From Ostreococcus tauri (Eukaryota), in the NCBI GenBank assembly GCA_002158475.1, contig KZ155780.1:519092-551091 (forward strand): a stretch of DNA of 32,000 nt. Reading direction: 5' to 3'. Below are positions 7,799-13,613 of the stretch, in pieces. The notes below the pieces were generated by a model. It was given only the letters and a program-made list of their open reading frames with translations, did no database searches and was not told where the DNA came from. Within the stretch, counting starts at the first letter, position 1, and each line of letters opens with the position of its first letter. The position numbers and the translations under genes are program-made.

Positions 7799-8461
7799 AT
7801 GGGGGCCTCTTTAGCATGCACCTCTACATCTGACGCGCACCCCGTGGAGATTACCTCAATCGACCTCGCCGTGCTAAAAATCAAGAAATCAATCCAAAGA
7901 CTCGAAGGTTCCATCGATCTCCTCGAGCGCGACATTCACGCCGACGGCGTCGAGGCGCTGCGCAAACGCGCTCAAAAGGTTCTCGCGATGAATATCTTGC
8001 GACGAAGACGCGCGCGGTGCGCTTTACGCGAGAGATTAAGCGCGCACGTGTTGAGGCTACACGAGGCGTTGGTTCGGTTTGATTCGGCGCGCGCGGACGC
8101 GGAGACGCTGGAGGCGATGCGTCTCGGGAACGACGCGGTGGAGCGTATCGTGCGAGAGACGACGGATGTCGAAAGTGTGATGCGGGACGTCGAGCGGTTG
8201 CGGCATTGGTTCGAGGCGGCGAACGAGGGGGCGATTTTGAGCGACGCGGATGTGGAGGAGGACTTCGCCGAGTTGGTGCGGAGCGAGGCGACGGCGCGCG
8301 TCGCAGCTGGCGAAGTGCGCGATGGGAAAGCGATGGATACCGCGGAGAGCGTTTTGGCGTCCATGCCGAGCGCGCCGAGCGAAATTCATCCAACGAGTGG
8401 AGCTTCCGTGCCGAGCGGCGAACCCCGACGACGCGTCGCGGTCGCCGAGGACGCCGGATGA
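7799..8461 (+). CDS. Snf7-family ESCRT-III protein (Vps20/CHMP6- or CHMP7-like)
   Basis: ATG at 7799 and TGA at 8459..8461. The protein has an MG N-terminus, coiled-coil helices (AVLKIKKSIQRLEGSIDLLERDI; LAMNILRRRRARCALRERLSAHVLRLHEAL; ETLEAMRLGNDAVERIV; VESVMRDVERL) and an acidic tail (SDADVEEDFAELV), which follows the Snf7/CHMP layout. This is a family-level call from memory. Confidence 0.55.
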   Translation: MGASLACTSTSDAHPVEITSIDLAVLKIKKSIQRLEGSIDLLERDIHADGVEALRKRAQKVLAMNILRRRRARCALRERLSAHVLRLHEALVRFDSARADAETLEAMRLGNDAVERIVRETTDVESVMRDVERLRHWFEAANEGAILSDADVEEDFAELVRSEATARVAAGEVRDGKAMDTAESVLASMPSAPSEIHPTSGASVPSGEPRRRVAVAEDAG

Positions 8462-9720
8462 CGCGGGAAAAGAAAAAGATGACGCCCTCGGTTACCTTTT
8501 CGTCACACGTGCGCGCGGTCGCGCGTCGTGCAGTCGCAGCGATGCCGGGGACGACGACGCGCGCGTGCGCGACGCACGCGCGAGGCGGGTTCGAGACGAA
8601 AACGCGCGGTCGACGACGCGCTTCGAGGCGAGAGCGCGCGGTCCCGAGGTCCTTCTTTGGCCGCTCGGATGCCGAGCAGTGGCTCGGCGATGCGCTCGGG
8701 GACGGCGACGACACACGAAACGCGAGCGAGACGTCTTCTTCTTCGTCCATAGACGCCGCGTTCGCGAGCGTGGCGAAGAAACGGCGCGGGTTGGCGCTCT
8801 TCGAGGCGGAGTTGGCGAAGGAGGACGAGGAAGACGTCGACCTCTTGAAGTGCGCGTGTTACGTCTCGATGCATCAAAACCCAGACCTAGACTGCGAGCA
8901 AGTTCGACGAGACATCGATGAGATGGCGACGGTGGTGAAGAAGCGACTGGACGACGAGCTCGGACCGGAGGGCGAGCGTTTTCCGTTGAGAACGATTAAG
9001 ACGCTGAGCAGAGCGTGGGCGCACGACCTCGGGTTCACGGGTAACGTGGAGGATTATTACGACGTCGAGAACTCGTGCATCGATCGCGTCCTGGCGCGGC
9101 GAACGGGGATCCCGATTACATTATGCCTGACCTACATGGAGATCGCCAAGCGGTGCGGGATCATAATGGTCGACGTCGGCATCCCCGGACATTTGTTGTG
9201 TCGACCGGTTGACTTCGGCTCGAATTGCGCCGTGGACGAGTTGGAAGAGATGGAAATCTTGGTCGACGCATTCAATCAGGGCGACATCATGTTCATCGAA
9301 GAGGTCGAAGATATCTTGGCTAGAAACTCGGGATTGGCCGAGGGGCAAAAGGTACAGATCGATAGATCGTTCTTGCGAGAGACAAAGATTCGCAAGCGAG
9401 CGTTTTTGACGAGAATGTTGACCAATCTGCGCGCAATTTACGACGTTCGCGGGGACGATAAATCGACGCTTCTCATCTTGGAGTACATGATGGTGTGTAA
9501 TCCATACGAGAGCTTGCGCGTGCCGCTGACAAAGGCGCTCGGGCTGAGCTATTTCAAGAATCAGAGGTGGGTCGACGCGTCCGAGACGCTCGTTTCGCTC
9601 GGGGGATCCGGCGACGTCGAGGTTGACGCCGTGTTACAGAGCGTCGAACGAATCTTGGCGCTCGAGAGCGACGCGATCGGTAACGGGGAGGACGACGACG
9701 ACGGTAGTATAGATACTTAG
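8458..9720 (+). CDS. SirB1/UPF0162-type transglutaminase-like protein with TPR-like C-terminus and a transit-peptide-like N-terminus
   Basis: The core VEDYYDVENSCIDRVLARRTGIPITLCLTYMEIAKRCGIIMVDVGIPGHLLCRP matches the Transglut_core2/SirB1 motif. The track ORF from 8206 has a non-ATG start and overlaps the previous gene out of frame. In-frame ATGs occur at 8458, 8479 and 8542. The stop is TAG 9718..9720. Confidence 0.7.
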   Translation: MTREKKKMTPSVTFSSHVRAVARRAVAAMPGTTTRACATHARGGFETKTRGRRRASRRERAVPRSFFGRSDAEQWLGDALGDGDDTRNASETSSSSSIDAAFASVAKKRRGLALFEAELAKEDEEDVDLLKCACYVSMHQNPDLDCEQVRRDIDEMATVVKKRLDDELGPEGERFPLRTIKTLSRAWAHDLGFTGNVEDYYDVENSCIDRVLARRTGIPITLCLTYMEIAKRCGIIMVDVGIPGHLLCRPVDFGSNCAVDELEEMEILVDAFNQGDIMFIEEVEDILARNSGLAEGQKVQIDRSFLRETKIRKRAFLTRMLTNLRAIYDVRGDDKSTLLILEYMMVCNPYESLRVPLTKALGLSYFKNQRWVDASETLVSLGGSGDVEVDAVLQSVERILALESDAIGNGEDDDDGSIDT

Positions 9721-9739
9721 TAATACAAATTGGTGCGCG

Positions 9740-10315
9740 TCAGCATCGACGCTGTTTCTTCGCTCTCAATTTCTTTTTGAGCTTGGCTTTTCGTCGCTTT
9801 TCGCTCCCCAAGCGTTCGACGGGCGCCTCGAGAGCCGGCGTGGGCACCTCTTCTCTAGTGTCTTCTTCGTTCGCGTCGTCGTCTTCACCGTCCTCGTCTT
9901 CACCATCCCCCTCCTCTGTCCCCACCGTCTCCGTTCCCACGTCCGTGCGTTCGACGAACGCTAACCGTCCTATTAACCCGCCGGACGTGCTCGCGACGCC
10001 TTTACTCGCGCTCGCGTCTCGCGTCGCCGCCCTGTACGTCTCCACATCGATCGTCGTCCCCCGCTTATTCGGTATCGGCCTCAAAGGCATCACACCCTCG
10101 ATCGTCGGCACCGCATCGATCGCCGACGACCGCATCGCTCGCGACGCGGCGGCGTCGTCGCTCTGCGCATCCATCTCTTTTAATTTTTCTTCAATGAACG
10201 CCGTCCTCTTGAGAAAGGTTTCGGTTCGTGCGCGCTTCGTGACCGCGGCGTGGCGCAAGCCTTTGGTGTACCGCTTCGACAGACCCTTCGTGCGCGTGCC
10301 CTTGGGGCACGGCAT
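9740..10315 (-). CDS. Hypothetical protein with basic ends and an acidic centre (nucleolar-type composition)
   Basis: The first ATG is at 10315; the track start 10471 is GTG and would overlap the upstream gene. The product runs MPCPKGTRTKGLSKRYTKGL ... GDGEDEDGEDDDANEED ... KRRKAKLKKKLRAKKQRRC. The codon pattern is strongly biased to G/C in the third position. I do not recognise the family. Confidence 0.5.
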   Translation of the reverse strand: MPCPKGTRTKGLSKRYTKGLRHAAVTKRARTETFLKRTAFIEEKLKEMDAQSDDAAASRAMRSSAIDAVPTIEGVMPLRPIPNKRGTTIDVETYRAATRDASASKGVASTSGGLIGRLAFVERTDVGTETVGTEEGDGEDEDGEDDDANEEDTREEVPTPALEAPVERLGSEKRRKAKLKKKLRAKKQRRC

Positions 10316-10445
10316 CGCGCGCGCGTTCGGTGACGACGCACGGCGCGGGCGCGAGGCGACGTGTGCCGATGGCGGCGGCTGTGGGTCAGTGGTGATTACA
10401 ACGCGGGCGACGCGGCCGCGGCGGCGATCGGGGCGACGCCGCGGA

Positions 10446-11411
10446 TCACGTCGGTGATTTTTTCGACCCACGATCGGTCACGGGCGTCGTGGGCGTCGAA
10501 GCCACGTCTCGAGCGCGTCGCGCGCGGGCGTCGGTGGCGAACGTGAAGGCTTCGGGAACGGTTCGCGAGCGCCACGCGTCGCCGTTGGAGAAGCGGTCGA
10601 ACGCGGCGTTCTTCTCCTCACGCATGCGCCTGGCGGCAGCCTGGCGGGCGACGTGGGTGTCTAAACCCGGTGTTTTCGACGTCGCCGAGGCGGGCGTCGT
10701 TGATGGTCTGGACGCGCGCGCGGGCGTCGCGAGCGTCGTCGCCGGCGCGCGAGACGGCGTACCGGATGTCGTCGACGCGCTCTTCGTCGTCGGCGGCGGC
10801 GCGGACGAAGCGACCACAACGTGCGGCTGAAACGTACAGTCCCGGAGCGATTCCTCCATCTTCAACTCGCGCTCGGCCTCGAGCACGCGTTCTTTACGCA
10901 TCGACCACGTCCTCGAGCGTTCGAAAAATCCTCCGCTCTCCGCGCGCGCGGCTAATTCTCTCGACTTTCTCGAAATGCTCGGCTGAAACGTGCACTGCTC
11001 GAGCTCAGCCCTCAACTCGAGCTCGACCGACGTCGGTGGTGTTTCCACCTTCGGCTTCCCACCCCCGTGCTCGTTCTCCGTCCCCTTGACCTTCTCCCTG
11101 CGCCGCTCCGCCAACGCTCTGGATTTCGCATTCAACCGCGGCGCGAACGTCGGCGTCTCCCTCTCCTTCACCCGTCCCGACGCGTGCGCGATCATCGACG
11201 CCCCAGCGTGTAACCGCGCGATCGACGCCGCGATCTCCGTCGCCGTCATCACCTTCGTCGTCACCGGCGTCGTCCGCTCCGCGCGCCGCGTCGGCGTCGG
11301 CGTCGAGCGCCGCGCCGTCCCGCGCGCGCGCGATCGCGACGTCCCCTCTCCCGCGCGCGCCGTCGACGCGTCCTCGACCCCGGATTCACGTTCGAGCCAC
11401 GCCGATCGCAT
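10446..11411 (-). CDS. Hypothetical protein with repeated CTFQP / FxPxxN motifs (weakly TPX2/WDL-like)
   Basis: ATG at 11411; the track start 11417 is TTG. Short repeats include FAPRLNAKSRALAERR, CTFQPSISRKSRELA and CTFQPHV, and the C-terminal TVPEAFTFATDARARR resembles TPX2-family microtubule-binding motifs. This is a weak match from memory. Confidence 0.5.
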   Translation of the reverse strand: MRSAWLERESGVEDASTARAGEGTSRSRARGTARRSTPTPTRRAERTTPVTTKVMTATEIAASIARLHAGASMIAHASGRVKERETPTFAPRLNAKSRALAERRREKVKGTENEHGGGKPKVETPPTSVELELRAELEQCTFQPSISRKSRELAARAESGGFFERSRTWSMRKERVLEAERELKMEESLRDCTFQPHVVVASSAPPPTTKSASTTSGTPSRAPATTLATPARASRPSTTPASATSKTPGLDTHVARQAAARRMREEKNAAFDRFSNGDAWRSRTVPEAFTFATDARARRARDVASTPTTPVTDRGSKKSPT

Positions 11412-11567
11412 CGCCAATCGCTCTCGCCTGCGCGTCGTCGTCGTCCGCGCGTCGTCGTCGTCGTCAGTCGCGTCGTTCGTTACCGTCGTCGTCCCGTCGC
11501 GTTCGCTCGCCGCGCACGCACACCACCGCGCGCACGCCCGCGCTCGGCGCCCGCTCGATCGTTCCCG

Positions 11568-12341
11568 TCATCGCGCGCGACGCGCGGCGTCGGGTGCGGC
11601 GTCGGCGTCGACGAATGTTCGATCGGCGGTCTCGTGAATGCGTACGAAATAATAATGTCCCTCGACGGCATCGGCGTCGACGTCGCGTCGACGCACATCG
11701 CCGCGCTCCGAGCGCGCGCGCGCGATGCGCATCAAAATCTTCCCCGGAAGCCGCGCGGACGAGACCTCGACGTCACCGACCGCGCGCGAGACGGCGGCGG
11801 CGGCGGACGTCGCGGACGCGGATGACGAGACGCGGCTTCGCGCCGACGTCGCGCGCGTGGTCGTCGACGCGGCGACGATATACGCGCGCGCGCCGCGTTT
11901 ACAAGGGCGCGACGACGAGGTCGCGGCGCAGGGTCCACCGCGTCGCGCGTCGGGGACCGGGAGCTCTGGGTGATCGTCGAGACGCGGGACGAGACGCGAC
12001 GGCGACGACGACGCCGCGCGCGCGGCGCGGTCGAGGACGCGTGCCGACGCCGACGCGGCGCGCACGGCGGTGTGGGACGCCCACGCGGTGGTGGTGGCGC
12101 GTCCAGGGAGGAATGATCGCGTCGAGGGCGTCGTGTCGCCGCGTCGTCTCGCCGACGAAGGCGTCGAGATCCGTCGACGAAGGACTTTCTCGCCGAGGAA
12201 TCGGGAGAACACACGGACGAACGAAAGAAGAAGCCCGAACGCGAGACGACGCAGCGGGAGGTCTCTGCGCGCGCGTCGACGACGACGTCGGGCGTCGCCG
12301 CGCCGCGCGCGAACGACGCGCCCGAGCTCGCGATGAGCCAT
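11568..12341 (-). CDS. Hypothetical low-complexity Arg/Ser/Ala-rich protein; strand and frame not secure
   Basis: 257 codons run from ATG 12341 (the track start 12389 is TTG) to TGA 11570..11568. The spacing to neighbouring minus-strand genes is typical. However, the plus-strand frame that shares the same wobble position is nearly open too (a single TGA at 11971), and the 3' ~100 nt show codon periodicity in a different phase. Confidence 0.3.
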   Translation of the reverse strand: MAHRELGRVVRARRGDARRRRRRARRDLPLRRLAFGLLLSFVRVFSRFLGEKVLRRRISTPSSARRRGDTTPSTRSFLPGRATTTAWASHTAVRAASASARVLDRAARAASSSPSRLVPRLDDHPELPVPDARRGGPCAATSSSRPCKRGARAYIVAASTTTRATSARSRVSSSASATSAAAAVSRAVGDVEVSSARLPGKILMRIARARSERGDVRRRDVDADAVEGHYYFVRIHETADRTFVDADAAPDAARRAR

Positions 12342-12947
12342 TGTATACAACAGATAGGGTTTAGAACAGATTTCGGTAAAATCGAGCAACGTCCGAGCCG
12401 CAACAAATTTTTTTCAATGGGAAAAGGTAGTTTTTGGACGACCGCGGGGATCGATCGAGGCGGGTGCGTACATCGTGCACGTGGGTGAGGCGCGCATCGA
12501 ACACCGCTCGAAGACCTTGCATTGGGCGGCGCGTCCGGAGGACGACCGAGAAAATGTAGAGAAAATGTATACGATGGCCACTGTCGACTCGTCGAAGCCG
12601 ACGAGAACGAAGTGGACCGCGTGCTCTTTCCATCACGTTCCTTATGGTTCAGGAATCTCTGTCTCACCCAGACGTGTCGTAAAAAGTACGGGTACTTTTC
12701 CACGCGACGCATCGTCGCCGTCGCCAGTGCGCGGCGCCGATCGCGTCGACGTCCACCGCCGCGCCCCGAACTCGGGCTCTGGGATGAAGCGCATCCGCAC
12801 ACCTATTTCGATGACCACCTTGACTGTGCGCGGCTCCGACCGCATCGTCTTGGCTAATGGACTTCGCATGCCCGTGAATAATGTTGTTATAGCCCTTCAA
12901 CCTAAACCCTAAGCTTCCAAGGAATTAAAAAAAACGATGATAGGCTT

Positions 12948-12952
12948 AAAAA
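12948..12952 (-). terminator. RNA polymerase III terminator (T5 run) downstream of tRNA-Pro
   Basis: The minus strand reads TAGGCTTTTTAAGCCTA starting 5 nt after the tRNA 3' end (T5 run 9 nt after it). A second T8 run lies at 12934..12927. Confidence 0.6.
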
Positions 12953-12961
12953 GCCTACAAT

Positions 12962-13070
12962 GGGGGGTGCCGCGAATCGAACGCGGGGCCTCTCCCACGT
13001 TCAACGGAGCGCACGTCAGCGCTGGGTTTAGGCACCCGAAGGGAGAATCATACCACTAGACCACACCCCC
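12962..13070 (-). tRNA. tRNA-Pro (anticodon CGG) with a 37-nt intron at the canonical 37/38 position
   Basis: The minus strand reads GGGGGTGTGGTCTAGTGGTATGATTCTCCCTTCGGG [intron] TGGGAGAGGCCCCGCGTTCGATTCGCGGCACCCCCC. The acceptor stem GGGGGTG/CACCCCC is 7 bp, the discriminator is C, the anticodon stem is CTCCC/GGGAG, and the loop is TT-CGG-G(intron)T with the anticodon at 13038..13036. The T arm is CCGCG-TTCGATT-CGCGG. The D arm and anticodon arm are almost identical to animal cytosolic tRNA-Pro as I remember it. Exon, intron and exon lengths are 36 + 37 + 36 nt. Confidence 0.9.
12998..13034 (-). other. tRNA intron (37 nt)
   Basis: TGCCTAAACCCAGCGCTGACGTGCGCTCCGTTGAACG is inserted immediately 3' of anticodon-loop position 37. 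Removing it restores the anticodon stem. Confidence 0.8.
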
Positions 13071-13256
13071 GTTAAGTATGCGTCATTATGACCTTGAGAA
13101 CGGTAAACCTACTCACCCCCAATCATGACTCCTTCACGCGAACAGGGTTACGGTGTGAAATCCGTCGATGCCGTGACGTTTTCTTGATGTACGAGTCGTG
13201 AATGTGTCCTATAGTATTTTACGTCACGCCACTATTTTACCGTGTAGCCATCATCA

Positions 13257-13586
13257 TCAACGCCCATCGTCATCGCCCGTGCCCATCCCATCGTCGTCCT
13301 CCGTCTCGTCGCGCATCGCGAACGTCCAGGCGATGAGCGCCATGAGTAACACGACGTTCATGAGGGCGAAGACATCGAGGTACCACAGACCGGTGAGCGC
13401 ACCTAGACCGCCCACCGGGGCGTCGCTCGCGAAGAAGCCCTCGAGCGGGTTGGACCCGTCGGGCGGACGCCACGGCGCGAACGCGCGCGGGACGACGCGT
13501 CGTCGGTTCGAACGGTGCCTCCTCGACGCACTGGTCGACGGCGGATGGATGAGGTTCGGTCGCGATCGCACCGGGGCGAACGCCAT
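13257..13586 (-). CDS. Small single-pass membrane protein with a transit-peptide-like N-terminus and an acidic tail
   Basis: 109 codons with ATG at 13586 and TGA at 13259..13257, using good G/C-ending codons (TTC, CTC, GAC, AAC, ATC, TAC). There is a hydrophobic helix LGALTGLWYLDVFALMNVVLLMALIAWTF followed by RDETEDDDGMGTGDDDGR. I do not recognise the family with confidence. Confidence 0.5.
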   Translation of the reverse strand: MAFAPVRSRPNLIHPPSTSASRRHRSNRRRVVPRAFAPWRPPDGSNPLEGFFASDAPVGGLGALTGLWYLDVFALMNVVLLMALIAWTFAMRDETEDDDGMGTGDDDGR

Positions 13587-13613
13587 GGTGTGACGAGCGA
13601 ATACCGCGCGTTC

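Noticed and set aside
8206-8457. N-terminal 84 codons of the 504-aa track ORF for the SirB1-like gene
   Set aside because: The start codon is not ATG. The segment overlaps the Snf7-family CDS out of frame and is Arg/Gly-rich noise. The first ATG in that frame is 8458.
8458-8461. Reading the ATGA overlap as evidence for a prokaryotic operon or bacterial origin of the window
   Set aside because: The window carries unambiguous eukaryotic nuclear hallmarks: an intron-containing tRNA with a Pol III T-run, eL33, KRI1, TRAPP, a CEP104-like gene and spliceosomal introns. No Shine-Dalgarno-type logic is needed.
10316-10471. Upstream extension of the 9740..10471 ORF
   Set aside because: The track start is GTG, and the extension would overlap the 3' end of the upstream gene (stop at 10446). 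The first ATG at 10315 gives normal spacing.
12682-12699. Palindrome AAAAGTACGGGTACTTTT followed by a T-run, resembling an intrinsic terminator
   Set aside because: The loop is too tight for a stable hairpin. Rho-independent termination is not a eukaryotic nuclear mechanism, and there is no adjacent Pol III gene on that strand.
12475-12912. 145-aa plus-strand ORF in the gene-free spacer, together with two overlapping minus-strand ORFs
   Set aside because: There is no codon-bias periodicity, no recognisable motif and mixed composition, and the three mutually overlapping ORFs are of similar quality. I treat the region as intergenic.
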